A DNA stretch of 64,000 nucleotides from Phaeosaccion multiseriatum (GCA_965112735.1 OZ218959.1:1612001-1676000); one strand, 5' to 3'. Positions 14,946 through 32,790 are shown, numbered from the stretch's first letter. Numbers and translations are program-made. The notes: a model not told the origin generated them from the letters alone.

Positions 14946-15999
14946 CCCACTAAACCGATCCGTGTGCGACTTTCATCTTCCTTTAAGCCATAAACCAGAG
15001 CAATAGTATAGCAATAAATAAAGGAGAAGGGGAGGTTGACATTTTCCTTCGCGAGGTGGTCATACTGAAGAAAACTCACAGCGGGCGGTCTCTACTAATG
15101 CCTTTTTCCTCCTTTGCCTCCTCCCGCCTCCTCTCTTTCCCTCTCTCTCTTCTTCTCTTTGGACTTGGGTCCTTAACTTTACGGGTGGGCTCTATCCTTG
15201 GAGAAATGCAGTATATTAAAGTCGAGAGAGAGAGAGAGTTAAACTGAAACTGAAACGGTTCTAATTTCTCTTTCGCCGCTGCTCATGCCCTATTTAATTT
15301 GGTTACACGTCGTCTCAGTCGCCTCGGTTGCCACTGCTATTGCTATTGCTATCCTACCATTAGCCTACCATCGTCGTATTTGGTTTTCGCCTCTACCGCT
15401 CACCGCCCCCCACCCGTCACCCAGCTGCCTTCCTTCTCTTCTCATTTCTTCACCCTGCTCTGCTCTCCTACCCCCCGTCTACTTACGTACTTAACAATTA
15501 AATACTCCCCCCCCGCCATCGTGGTTCCCCTCCTACATTCTTCCCCTTTTCTTTCTAACTACTCCTTACTACCATGTATCGTACTACCAACACGTCAACA
15601 CGCACACCTACAGCCAAGCCAACATACAACGACACAAGCCCTTCTCCCCTCCCACTCCCCCACAACCCCTCCTCCCCAACAGTCGTGGCTTTTAGGCAAG
15701 CACCACCTAAGGGTGTACTATATTTGAGATACATATAAAACTCTCCATATTAGATTATTCTTTTTAAAATTATATTATGTGTATCCTCCCCTCCCACTCC
15801 CCCACAACGCCTCCTCCCCTACCATGTCCCTCTCTCCCTCTACAGACATCCTCTACACTAATCTACGCTACTCTACTACAGCACACAAGCCAAGCAAGCA
15901 AGTAAGTCAAGTGGAGAGTCACAAGCCAAGGAAGGAAGCAAGTCAAGTGGAGAATCACAAAGGTCCTCCCCCTTCCTCCCTCCACCCCTCCCTCCCTAC

Positions 16000-19872
<3,873 letters not shown>

Positions 19873-19888
19873 GGTCTTGCCACCGCTC

Positions 19889-19932
<44 letters not shown>

Positions 19933-20636
19933 GCTCCTGCTGCTGCTGCTTCCCTCGTCCCTTTTTTCTTTCTGTAGTCTGCGGCTTTGCCTCCTTTCTT
20001 CCCTCTCTCTCCAAGCCTGCTTTTCCTCCCTCTTTTGTCACGCCTTGCCCTCGCCTTGCGGACGAGAGGATGAAACGCCAGACCCCACTCGTCTCCGCCT
20101 GCATTAGTTTTGCTCATACTTATACTCATTTTTCAACTGCCCTCTTACTTTTGCAGCAGGTTCAGTTTTTTGAAAAAATATCGATTTTCGATTTTAAAAA
20201 TCGCACTCACTGTACTCACACCTCACACTCCCTCCCTCCCTCCCTCCCTCCCTAACAAACTAAAGGAAGTAACCCGCGAGAGTGAAAATACACCACGCCA
20301 AGGCCTTGAGTGATCTGCTCCCGCGAGAGAGGGGAGGACACCGCTTCTCTTTTCTTTGTAACTGTTTTGAGTTGTGGTTGTGGTTTCGCCCCCAAATCGC
20401 CTGAAATAAAAGTTTCTGGACGCACGCAGCAAAAGGACGCTGGGATAAGCGCTACAGCTCTTCATGTAGTCGTAGTCGTTCTTTGAGATGTCTATCGATC
20501 CATAGTCTTTCGGCTTTCATCGCTTCTCCCCTTCCCTACTTGTCAGCAATTCTGCAAGAGCACACTCCCCCTTACCGCCCGATCCCTTAAAAACGGGCAA
20601 CTTTGGCGATTCTTACGCACATCGAGTGGTAAAACT

Positions 20637-22106
20637 CTAGCTCGCTCCCCCTTCCCCCACGGTGACGCGATAGTAGTATAGATCATCACAGAAGGCGCGC
20701 AGCACTCGCAGGAAGGTCGGGGCATCATCCACACTACCGGTCCACTTGGCCAGCAAACTCCCTCTACTTTGCTCATCCAGCACACGGCCCCCGTCCGCGC
20801 CCAGAGACGAGAGGTACTGCGGCAGGAAGTGCGAAACGAATGACGGGCAGCCTCCCCCCTGGCTCACAGCAAAGACCAGGCTACTCAACTCCTCCTCCAA
20901 TAGGCGCTGGGAGCGTAGGGAGAGCGCGTTGAGTACAGCCGTGAGGAGGGCGGGGGCGGTGGATGTGGTGAAGGGGCCGAAGGAGAAGAGGCGGTGTGTA
21001 TCGTTGACGACTTGCAGGACCTTAATCAAGGTGGTTGTTTCCGAGTGGGGACGGCGGTGGGGTGTAAGGGTGGGGAGGGGGGGGCGGTGAGTGAATGAGC
21101 ATTGGTGCCATTGATGTGTGTGTGTGTGTGTGTGTGCGGGCAAGGGGAGGGGTTCGGGGCGCAAGGCAAAGCGACAGGAGAGGTTAGGGGGGTTGGGGAT
21201 TGAACAAGACACTGTGTGGCATGAGAGCAACCGCACACGCATGCAATGCACGCACCATTGCACACATCTGTGCACACACACACTCACACTCACATACACT
21301 CACACACACAGTCACACACACACACTCACACTCACACTCACATACACTCACACACACAGTCACACACACACACTCACACACACACACACTCACAACGTAC
21401 CCTGATACAGGCGAGGACCACCCCGGGGGGGCAGTGCGCCACCGTCGCGATACACGTACACGGCACCGCAACGAGCCCCTCGAACAGCTCTTGCGCTGCC
21501 TCCGATCGGAAGCTTACCCTCGAGCCCCCTCCGTCCACGAATTGGGTCTCCACAAAGCTCTTCCACTGCGTCACAAGAAGCTGCGTCGCCAGCTCACAGA
21601 AGGGAGGCACCAGCTCGGCCACTGCCTCCGCCCCTCCGCCGCTGCCACCCCTCCGCCCACCACCGAGAGCCGCTCCCGACCATACCCCTCCTCCTCCTCC
21701 TCCTCCTCCTCCTCCTCCTGTCCCGAAGGTTCTCGCCCCTAACCCTAACCCAGCTGATCCGGGTTGGTCATCTATGTGGGGGCCATCGTCGCCAGTTGAT
21801 GATGGTGCCGTCGCTGCCGCGAGACTGTCTAGGGCGAGGCGACAAGCGTGAGGCACGAGGGACGCCACAGCAGGGCCAGTAGAGGACATGACCGTGGTAA
21901 GGAGGTCGAGGATCGCGGCGGTGACTTGTCGGCTTGTGACTCGGTCCTTCATGGCGCCCTGCAGTCGGCCGCTGGTGTGGAGAGAGATGAGGGTGTTGAC
22001 GGTCTGTGAAAGGGGTAGAGGAGGGAGGGGGAGGGGAGGGGAGGGGAGGGGGGGCGTAAGGGGGCAGAGCGCTCAGCATGACCACACTGTACACTACACC
22101 ACTGGG

Positions 22107-22142
<36 letters not shown>

Positions 22143-25100
22143 ACCCATACATACACCGCGCGGGTGACGAACATACGTGCCTGCCTGGTTGCCTGAAAAA
22201 AAGCATACGTATGCGTTCTTTCCCTTCCCCTTTGGTAGTGAGCATGTTCTTACCCTTCCCCTTGCCTGCCTACCTGTGAGGCCAGAGCCGCTCCCGTCTG
22301 CTTATTTAGAATGGGCACTGCCGAAACGAGGAGGCGCAGCAGAGCATCGGCAAGATCCATCAGGAGAAACTTGGTAACGCCAACATTATCTGTGGTGGGG
22401 TAGGGATGGCAGTGGATGGGGGAGGAGGGGGCAAGAGGAAAGGAAGGAGGGAGGAGCGAGGAGGAGGCAGGTGGAGGAGGAGGAGGAGGAGGAGGAGGAG
22501 GAGGAGGAGGAGGAGGAGGAGGAGGAGGAGGCAGGCGGAGGAGGAGGAGGAGGAGGAGGAGGAGGAGGAGGGTGACGACAAGGAGGATAACGAGAGGGGA
22601 AGGAGGCGGAAAGACAATAGACACGACAAGCTCGCAGCAGGACAAGCTTGCAGCAGTCGGAGCACACCCTTCTTCCTCCCTCCCTCTCTCACCTCCGGCG
22701 CTCTGCAGGCTGTGCGTGAGGAGCTGAAGGGCAGCGTCTAGGAAGGGCCCGACAGCCCCTGACACCACTTGCTTGCCCTTGCCGGGAGAGTCCGCCACGG
22801 TAGAGCACAGCCCCTTTAGAGAGGGAGGGAGGGAGGGAGGGAGGGGGATGGAGGGAGGGGGGGGGCGGGAGGGTAGCAGGAAGAGGTCCACATGAGATGA
22901 ATTGCAGGAGTGCTTGTGTATGTGTCCCAAAGGCAGTAAGGCAACCCTGGGTAAATCTGTAAATCTCCTTCCAGGCCTTCAGGCAGCGGCTGCCTCAGCA
23001 GCGCAGCAGTTGGTGACACAGGAGCAGCAGCAGCAGCAGCAGCAGCAGTTGGAAATAGACTCTTCGCGCACTTCCATTCCTTCTGCCGTGTTCCCAACAC
23101 TTACCCTGACAACGGTGCAGCCGACTGTGAGCTTTGTCACGACCTCCGCACTCCTTAGCGAGGGCGGGGCTGCCGCCGCATCAACCAAAGGCTGCAACAG
23201 GGGCTTCACGAGCTCAGCATAGGCGGCACCTCTTGCCTCTAAGTCATCAAGCCGATTCAGACCGCCCCCACGCAGCAGCCGAGGCGGCAGGAGGAAGGCA
23301 CCCAATGCGCGGTAGAATATCGCCGTTATGTGAGCTGCCATCTGTGAAGCCTGAGCAATGTCGTGGGCCCCTCGCAGGAGGGAGAGCATCGCCTCGCTCC
23401 CTGCCACAAGGTCGTGCGGTAGCATGCTGGGCACGGACAGGAGAAGCTGGGCGCCGGCCAGCTGCAGCCTCGGGGAGCCGGAGCAGCCAAGGGCGGACTT
23501 CACTACACCCAACACAGACGCGAGCGCATCCTTCGCCTGCTGCTGAGTAGGGTCACACCCTGCTCCTCCTCCATCCCCTCCTCCTCCTCCTCCTCCTCCT
23601 GCGCTGCCCATTTGCGCAACGGCGGCAGCGGCGGCAATGCCCGGCATGAGCGCAGTGAGTGCCTGGAGACAGCACACCTCCAAATACAGCATCTCCCTAC
23701 ACGTCTCGTACTTCCAATGCAGCTTGGCCTGCAACATCGCCTGCACTGCCCCTGTCAACGTGTTGACCACGCTCAACACGTGAGGGGGGCCGGCGCACCC
23801 GGCCAATCGCATCAGCGCACACAGAGTACGCGCGTCCCAAACAACGGCGAGCAGGCCTTCCGGAGCCGGTCTGCTGGCTACAGAGCCTCCTCCTCCTCCT
23901 CCTCCTGCTGCTGCTGCTGCGGCTGATGCTGGTACTGTATCACCAACTGCTGCATCGTCCTTTTCCATGAGCTGACGCAGGTGCTGCATGACTTGCATGA
24001 ACAGACCTGAGGCCTTCTCCACCAAACCCTTGCCTATGCACGGCACCCGTGCGAACAAGCGCAAGAGGTCCAGCCCCTCGGCCAAAAACTCTCCCAACTC
24101 GCTGCGGTCGATGGAGAGAGCCCCGCCACCTTCCCCATCCCCCCCTCCGGAGCAGTCCTCCTCATCCTCCAGACCCTCTCCGTCGACAGCCGCTGGAAGG
24201 GGGTCGTCGTTTCCTTCTTCCCCTTCGTCCAGCTCCGATAGACCAACACCTCCTCCAGCACCACCATCACTACCCGCACCATTGGAGAGGAAGAGAAGCT
24301 TGTCCAGGAAGGCGTAGCACACGTGTGTGAGACCTGCTGCGTGCTCTCTCGCCAGAGACGCGGCTACAGCGTTGGCGGCATGTCCTTCTTCGTGTGCGGT
24401 GACCAGCTGCGCGAAGGTCTGCCAGGGGAGGAAGCACACTCGAATTAGGCGCAAGTGAGGCTGGCAGAAGGTGAAGGTGGCCATAAGCGTGAGGAACTCT
24501 GACACTGGCCAGTTCTGCTGCTGCTCCTTTCCCCCACTGGTGCTGCTGGTGGCGGCTCTGGTGTGCTCCTGGTGCAGCAGCTTGCCCAGGACCTTGGCAA
24601 CGAAAACAGACAGAAAGTCGGCCAAATCCTCCACAAAGTAATCATCTGAACTTTCCGACATGCTTGCTGCGGCAGTCACCCCCGCCCCGCCATTGTCAGC
24701 CATGAGGTGGAGCACCTGCAATGTCATTGCCAACCGTCGAGTGGGGGACGAAACGGGAGAGGAGGAGGAGGAGGAGGAGGAGGAGGAGGTTTGGGGGAAG
24801 GAAGGAGGGTTTGGCACCCACATGGCATGTAAGTACTGTGCCCACAAAAACATGTATACACGTACATACTACTTACGTACCTTGAGCATGTGGTTGGCAA
24901 TGTTGAGCACGACTGCCTGTAGCTCCTTGGGTACCCAATGCTTGTCCACCACACTTGAGATGCACTTGACGGACAGCCGGCCACACTGACCCCGATCATC
25001 CACCGACTGCGTCTGACGGGCAAGGGCCCTCTCTGCCTCCTGCACCTGCCCCTGCTGCTGCCCCTGCTGTTGGGTGCTCGTCTTGAGATGGTCAAGGTCG

Positions 25101-26562
25101 AGCTGCTGCTGCCGGAGCTGTTGGTAACCCACGGCCGCCCCCTCTGCGATGTGAAAGAGCGTTTCGAAGAGCTGCGAGGACTGCGCGTGGGTTGTGCTAC
25201 TCTCCACGCTGGAAGCTGAGATGAGGGTCTCGAGGCAGGTGAGAGCTTGCACCACGCGAACGAGATGACCCGCCTCCCACTCCGCCCGAACGAGTGCGAT
25301 AAGAAGGTTGACTATGTTGGGGAGAGCGTGCAATAGACCTGCTCTCAGCTCCTTGGTGTGCTCTGACGGACGGAAGGAAGCGAGTGGACGGGTAGATGGG
25401 CGGGTGGGGACAAGATTGCGGTGGTGGGCGGAGGTGGTGGGTGGTGCAGGGGTGGGCGAGTGAGGGGGGCAGCGAGGGGGTCGTGGTGCGGGAGGAGTGC
25501 CCACACTCACGCACTCAACTCCCTCCCTCCCTCCCTCCCTCACTCACTCACTCACTCACTCACTCACTCACTCACTCACTCACTCACTCATTATTCACTT
25601 TCCCACTCGACAGCCTCCGACCCAACACAGAAGAGCAGAGTTTGCATCCCCAACCCCAAAGGACTCAAAATGCGTCGCAGAGCACCTCCCCACCACACCT
25701 CCAGTCCAGCTTAGCTTACGCGCTCTCAAAGCAACAGTAGCAGCAGCAGCAGGTTGAATTTGATGGAGCATACAATGAAAGACTTTACAAAGGACGGACG
25801 GGCCGACCCACCTGTGGGCAGGGGAAGGTCCGGCCGTGTGAACTCCTCCACTGCCATGCTGAGTAGAGCGATGCCCGCATCCTTATGCTCGTCCGACTCG
25901 ACGAGGTGCACTACTCTCCCCATGAAGCCAGGGTCTTCCTTGGGCCAGCTCAACTTAGCAACATCGACAATGACCTGGACGAGGGCGAGGTCCAGGGGGG
26001 GGGGAGAGAGAGAAGGGACGGGATGGGATTGCGGCGCAACAGGACGAGATATGATACACGATTCTAGAGTGAGCTCGGCGAGCGAGACTGGGATTGTGTG
26101 CGGGAATGTACTCTAGTGTTGGGTCAAGGGCGTGTGAGAGCGAGCGTATGTTCCACTTTAGTTTCGTACCTTGGCCACTTTCTTGGACACCCACGAGGGG
26201 AATCGGGGCGAGTTCTGGAGTAGCCACTGCAGCAGGAAGGTGCCCAGGTGGCCCCGCTCATGTGTAGGAAGACTCGTCCAGTGTTTGAGCACCACCTCCT
26301 CGATGCAGGCTGCGCTAAAATGCACGACAAAGCTGTGGTCTACTCCGGTGTGCGCCCCACAAAGGATGAGCAGATCTATGCAGCGAATGTGCAGCTGCGG
26401 GGATGTCTTGAAGTCCCGCAGAGCGCCCTCCAGCTCGGACTGGCGAGCGTTGTCCAAGGCTTTCGAGTTGTACATCTCTCCAAGGAGCACCGTGAGCATT
26501 CGGTGGTCGTCTTCCGCTTGGTGCGGATTGATACAGTGCTGCTGATGCTGCTGCTGCTCCAT
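20637..26562 (-). CDS. XPO6: Exportin-6-like karyopherin-beta family protein, multi-exon
   Basis: N-terminal importin-beta N domain (ELEGALRDFK...VVHFSAACIEEVVLKHWTSLP...KKVAK/VIVDVAKLSWP, EEFTRPDL); C-terminus LLEEELSSLVFAV...SFVSHFLPQYL...DAPTFLRVLRAFCDDLYYYR resembles the exportin-6 C-terminus (LLQEEI...FFAAFLPEFL...DLPSF...VNDLRYYR); internal exon limits approximate. Confidence 0.78.
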
Positions 26563-27171
26563 CTTTGGGTGTCAAACTTCCGTCTCGTGGTAGCTGCTGC
26601 TGCCGGTTGCTTCCTCTCCTCCTCCTTCTCACCCTCTTCTTTTCTCTCTTTCTCTCTCTCTCTCTCTGAGAGGAGGAGGAGTCAAACTTGTCTCACGGGA
26701 GTTGCTGCTGCTGCCACTACTACTGCCGCTGACATCGCAGCTTCCAAGGCAGGTAGAGGGGGAACCAGGCTGGAAGGGGGAGGACAGGACTGGAGAGGGT
26801 GAAAGAGGGAAGAAAAAAGAAGTGACGAGTCGAAGATTGCCTAAAAGTAAAGATGAGGCCCATCCCCCATCCCCCCCCACGTGACAGGCCACTACTACAA
26901 CGCCATTAGGATGGGAAAGAGAAGCAAGGAAGGGGGGGGGGAGGACGGACCGCTAGGCTGATGGGAGCCCTCCAATGGTAGCGGTGGCAATCGCGGGCAG
27001 AGCAGCCACGTGGAAGGAAGGGGCGGCTCCAAGTTGAATTTCCACTCGCTGAAGCTGCTGTAGAAGGTTGCTAGGGCACTACTCTACTCTAACCACACAC
27101 TCTATTTGACGATGGTACAAGGCGAGCCTGCGCATGTTCTGCATGTCTTGCTTTGTGTGTGCGGGACCTGA

Positions 27172-27212
<41 letters not shown>

Positions 27213-27724
27213 GCGCCAGCTACGGGTAAAGACTCTCCTCCTCATGTCAGCACCGCACCTCACAATCGCGAGCAGGCGATGCACGAGCTACTGTTGGCAA
27301 GGGTGTCTGTGCGCAATGCTCCGAGTACTGCTCTTCTAGGACCGTAGTGTCCTAGAAAAGATATGCAATTGTCTACGAGTCACAGACATGTGGTTCTTTG
27401 GCTCCCAAAGCCCTCACTCTGGACCTTATGCGAACGTGAGACCTGACCTTCGACAAGGAGAGAAGCCTACAGTAGGAGAGGGGCCTATCTTGCGATACCG
27501 TGCTGGAGGTGGCTTCGGGCCTGCGCTGAGTCGAAGTCGATTCGAAGCGACCGAAGAACCCAGGGAGGGGAAGAGCGACGACCATCTAAACTAGCGACTC
27601 CAGGCGAGGGGTGGGTGGAGGGGAGAGTGGAATTGCAATACACTCTCGTCACACGCACTCCCCGTCTCGGCGGCGGCCGTTTCGACACATGGGGCAGAAG
27701 AGAAGGGCAGGACTTCAGCGTTCT

Positions 27725-27856
27725 CTTGATTACGCTTGCTCCTTTCGGCGTGTTTTTTCATCAGGATCCGCAGCTGTGATTCCTCATCCAAACATCGGGA
27801 ATCACAGCTGCGGATCCTGATGAAAAAACACGCCGAAAGGAGCAAGCGTAATCAAG
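27725..27856. repeat. Perfect 59-bp inverted repeat with 14-nt loop (long hairpin; candidate small-RNA precursor)
   Basis: 27725-27783 is the exact reverse complement of 27798-27856. Confidence 0.93.
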
Positions 27857-28643
27857 TGGCGGAGGAACAAGGCGAGGAACAGGACGCGAAGGAGAGCAGC
27901 CATATTCGCTGCTACTTTGGTCCAGACGACTACGTCTACACCTTCTTCGAGGAGCAGGGATGGGCACGCCCTCCCCATCCTCCCCATGCTCCCCCTCTTC
28001 ATTGTTTTTTGTGCTATTTTTTAATTAAGATTAATTTTAAAATTAAAAAAAACTAAATACAAAAAGACGTTCAGCTTGTTAACTGCGCGCTCTTCTCCTG
28101 CCTGGCTCTGGGGCTGTATGTCCGCTCCCTCCTCTGCCTCCACTCCTTTCACCACACTCTGTGTAGCTTTGATTCGCCCATGACTTCTCCCCCCCCTCCT
28201 CCACTCCCCATTCTCTTTTTTTTTCTTTTTTTTTTCCTACCAATAATGTACTACGAAACAAATTCGACTTTTGCTTTCCCTCTCCTCCCCTCCTCACCCT
28301 CCTCTCCTCTCTCTCTCTCTCTTCTCCATTGCTACTCTCCTCCCCTCCCCGCTGACCGTCCTATCCTCTCTCTACTCGGTTGCCATCGTACAAACAAACT
28401 AATAACACTCTACGCTCCTCTGTTGACTTATTCGGCGGCTCAGTCGCTCACTCACCCGCTCTCGATCCGCGACGACGTAGAGCCTAGATTTGGGCCTTCT
28501 CGCTCCACCTCTTCTCTCTCCTTTCTCTTTGCTCCTCGCCCCTCCAAAGCGGCTCTCAGAGCAGTGACCACTCTCTCTCTCTCACACATCAGATCGTCGC
28601 AATCACCAGGAGCACTCCTCGCGGTTGTAGAAACCGCCTTTTA

Positions 28644-31600
28644 CTAGTATTCCCTCTCGTCGTAACCGTCCCAGCGGTCGTAATCATCGCCCCAGTCCTC
28701 GTACCACCGGTGACGACTCCTCCGCTTGGGGGCAGGCCTCACGTCAGGAAGGAAACTCGCCACGTGACTGGCAGAAGCGCGGGCTTGTTGCCAGGTCTTG
28801 CCCTGCTTCAGATAGTTATCCCTGCACCTGGCCTCGATGCTTGAGTGGTTGTGGCTCCAGAAGATGTGACCCCTGCCGAACATTTCTAGCACATCAGAAC
28901 AAGAAAGCGGCGGAGGGAGGGAGGGAGGGAGGGAGGACGTGGGTGTGTGAGTGAGTGGATGAGTGGGTGAGTGATTAAGTGGGTGGGTGGGTGGGTGAGT
29001 AATTGATCGACCGAGCGAGTGAGCGAGTGGGTGAGTGAGCAGCAAGGCTGGCAGTGATTCGCCTACTCTTCCTTACCAGAGGTGAGCCTCATGATCGCCG
29101 CCACCTCCTCCGCGTCAACGTCCTCCTCCGCAGTCTCGAAGGCCCTGATGAAGGAGCTGTCGCTGCGGTAGGTCGTGCCGAACTCGCTCAGCGTCGCGAG
29201 GATCTTCAGGCGAGCGCGAGGGTGGTGGATACATCAGTCGTATGATGACAAAAACACGCACATCAAGGCATGAGGAACCAGCCATCAAGGCAGGGCAAAG
29301 CTGAAGTAAAGCAGAGCAGAGCGGCACACTGAGCGAGGCAAGCCCCTACCCGACGAACGAGGGGGGGTGGGGGAGCTCCACGGACTCCGCGGATGCCTAG
29401 CTACATACGAAGATCTGACGGCACATCTAATGAGAAGCAGCCCCTCAGCCACGCGCTGCTTGTTGCGTGCTGCTGCGCGAATGCCAGCCAGCCCAGCGGG
29501 AAGGCAGCTTAAGGTTTCCGAACACGTACACGCTGATCCACTTCCACTCGGGCCTTCTTCGCTTACCTTCGCCTTTCGCACAGCTCGGTCGTCCTTCGTG
29601 TCAAGGAAGTCGACTGAAAGCGAAATGAAAGAGAGAGAGGGCGGGGTGGGGAGGCAGAAGAGGAGGAGGAGCGGAGGGAGGACAAGGAGGAGGAGCAGGA
29701 GCAGGAGGAGGAGAGTGCGAATGAGTCCGTACGTGGTAAAGCGAGCGTGAGGGGGGCAAGCAAGCGTGGTTTTTGTCCAAATAGAGTCGCCTATAGCTCG
29801 CCGCAGGTCAAGCTAACTCACGCCATGACTGCTCAAGTCGACAGAGCAAGCAAAGGTCTTCAGCGAGTACCGCTCCTCAGAGGCATGCCGCACGCATCAA
29901 TCGACCCCATACCCTCTCCTCTGAAACGTCACCCCAATCCTCTTCCCTCCCTCCCCCTCTGGTGCTGGCCTCGACTCTTTTAGTCCCCTTCCCTGGGGGG
30001 ACTCGGGCCGTGCGTACTACCAACACGCTAGCTTCAGACGGGCTCGGAGCGCGCTATGGAGAGCCCTTCCTTCAGCCCAGAGAGCCCCCCCCCCCCCCCC
30101 CCCAAGCCACAAGACATTCTCCTCAGCCAACCACCCCTTTGGCCCAATCTTAGAACGTACCAATCTTGTCGGCAACAACCTTGGGGTCGTGGTGGCGGTG
30201 GACTGGGTAGTCAAGGTATCGTGTGATCCTGGTGCTGAAGGCGCGTCTCTTGAGGATATTCAGAGCCTCTGTGCTGTCCTGGGCCTTGCCCGCGGTGACC
30301 AGGCGCTCGGCCACGAGCATCAAGCGAGTCTAGGGGCAGGAGGTAGGACGATACACACACAGAGAGATAGACGCGCACACGCACGCACATGCACATACCA
30401 TGTACATACATACCATGTACATACATACAGACACGTACACACACATGCACGTCAGTCAGCGAGGAACGAAGAGTAAGAAGGCAGCAGAGATATATGATAT
30501 CCCTCATGTCGCTGCCCACAAAGAGGAGCGAGACAGCGCCGAGCCAGACAAACAGACAGACAGACAAGACGGACAGACAGACAAGACGGACAGACAAGAC
30601 AGGCAGATAGGCAGATAGACAGACAGACAGACAGACAGACGGCCAGTGCCGAGACCCTTCGCACTTACCTCTCGAGGCTGCCCCACCTTCCGGCTGTTCA
30701 GCATGAGGTCTTTCTGCAGCTTTACCCCTTTGCGAAGCTGCACCTGAGGGATCAGCACCCAAGGGGGCAAGCGAAGAGAGTCAGCAAGGCACCGTACAAA
30801 CGCACTCGATTCTCTATACGCAGAGTAGCACCAACACGTCAACACGAGAGCGAGTCGCTGAAGCACTGCTGGCTGCCCCGAGCCAGCAACTCCTGCTGTC
30901 TGTGCTGGCCCGACACAGCAGCTCCTGCTGTCTGTGCTGGCCCGACACAGCAACTCTAGCTCTCTGGTGAATGTCACCCATCCCGGAGCGACCGATTGCG
31001 AGCTGCGCGACGTTGAGGCGTTTACTTCTCTCCCTCATACACACACTCACTCCGTCTCCCCCCCCCCCTCTTTCTGTCTCTCGTACACACACACTCTCTC
31101 TCGCCCTCTCACTCACTCTCTCTCTCTCTCACTCACACTCACCAGCCCTTTTGTTGCGCTACCGGACTCCGGGAGGTACTCCAGAATCGCCACGCAGATC
31201 CACTCTGTTCAGCAGGGGAGCGAAAGGTGCGTGGGTAAGGCAGTGGGTCAGTGGGGGGGGCAGTAGATAGCTAGGGTCAGCAACTGGTTACTTGGAAGGT
31301 ACACCATGCGCCGAAAGCCCCGAGCAAGCGAGAAGAGAGACAAGAACTCCGCAGGAAGGCCTCCACCTGTCAATCTTAGCCACGACGCACGCACGCAGAC
31401 GTAGACGCACACACACACACACACACACACATACACACACACACACACACCTTTAGACAGAAGTTCTCTCTGCAGCTGAAGGAGGCTCAGAAACGAGGAG
31501 GCAGATCGGCGAGGGCAAGGCGGGGATATCTTCTTCTGCTTCATCTTCTCCTCCTCCTGCTGCATGCCCTCGTCACCGTCCGCAGCCAGGGCGGAGGAGG

Positions 31601-32790
31601 AGTTCGCTGCTCCTCCTTTCTGTCTCAGCCGCCACTCCGAGCGCCGCTTGTGTCTGTCGCGTAGTTCCTCCTCTTCGCTGGCGAAGTAGTGGAAGAGCTG
31701 CTTCATAAGCCGGTCCTGGCCCCGGCCTGCTCGACGACCGTCCTCGAACAGAGGTCCCACGGCTCGAACCTCGGAGAGGAAGGCCGGCAAGAAGGAGAAG
31801 GGCTCCACTGCTTGAGGGGGTGGCACCGCCCTGGCCTTCTTGCTGGGTCGCTCCTCCTCGTCGCCTCCCTCCTGAGGCTCCTCCTGTGCCTTTTGCTGCT
31901 GCCCCTCCGCGTCCTCCTGGGGCCCCACGCCTCCTCCGGGTTGGACCACCAACTGCTGCACGTGCTCCTCGAGGCGGCGCTTGAGCTGGTCGGGCTGCAG
32001 GTCAGGCTGCTGCTGCTGGAGCTGCTGGACCTGCCGGAGAAGGAGGTGTGCCTGAGGGAGAGCGGACGCGGACACTCCTCCTGCTGCTCCATATTGCTGG
32101 CCGCCAGGTGACGAGGCGGAGGCGGCTGAGGCGGAGGTTGAGGCGGGTGTGGATGATGCGGCAGCGGCAACGGCAGCCGGGGGCACTGGGACGTAGAGTA
32201 GAGGCTGGACCTTCTCCTTGAAGAGCTTTACAGTCGCCACGACCTGCAGGAGGGTTATGGGGGGGAGACGGCCAGCAGGGATGGCAAGAGGCAAGCTATG
32301 AGCTAAGCGTGTAATTCCTTCCCCCCTTGGTCATGACAGTACGATTTGTGCCTACAGCCGCAGCAGGGAGTGTGTTATAGTATGCTGGTCCTTCTTCAAA
32401 TTTAGCGCCCCCAGCAGCTGCCCCCCCTGCCTAGCGCACCTTCCGCACTCCCTGCCTTGGCTTCTTGAGCTGTCGACCACCAGTGTCAGCCCGAGGAGTC
32501 GGCCCAGCCGCACAGTTCGTATGTACAGGGCACCGCCCCAGTCACGCGACGACGTCGTCGGAGCGAACATGGACGGGGGACGGAGACAAAATAAGGTGAG
32601 GAGGGGGAAGTAAGAAATAAAAGCGTTCCGAGCGAGTGGGGGAGAAGAACTGCCCCTCCACTTGAAGCGCAGTCGATAGACCTACCTCATTCGTGATGAA
32701 GTCGCCAAAGACGGCCTGGTGTAGAGCCGGAGGTATGTCCTCCACTCGGATGCCGTGTTTGTCCGCCAGCCCCTTGACTTTGGAGTGAAA
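28644..32790 (-). CDS. Uncharacterised multi-exon gene (possibly two genes); boundaries approximate
   Basis: Coding-like segments bounded by GT/AG: KGLADKHGIRVEDIPPALHQAVFGDFITNE, ORF 32294-31450, EWICVAILEYLPES, VQLRKGVKLQKDLMLN, TRLMLVAERL...PKVVADKI, RLKILATLSEFGTTYRSDSSFIRAF...AEEVAAIMRLT, last exon ending WDGYDEREY*. Confidence 0.45.
30884..30956 (+). repeat. 32-bp tandem duplication (probably intronic)
   Basis: cagcaactcctgctgtctgtgctggcccgaca repeated ~2.3 times. Confidence 0.85.

Noticed and set aside
15885-15960. 36-bp tandem duplication downstream of the REC-like gene; likewise a 12-bp duplication at ~63381-63407
   Set aside because: Isolated two-copy slippage duplications with no further structure
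20165-20205. AT-rich near-palindrome (cgattttaaaaatcg) upstream of the REC-like gene, and AT-rich patch at ~28016-28055
   Set aside because: Short and low-complexity; cannot be supported as regulatory sites or terminators from sequence alone
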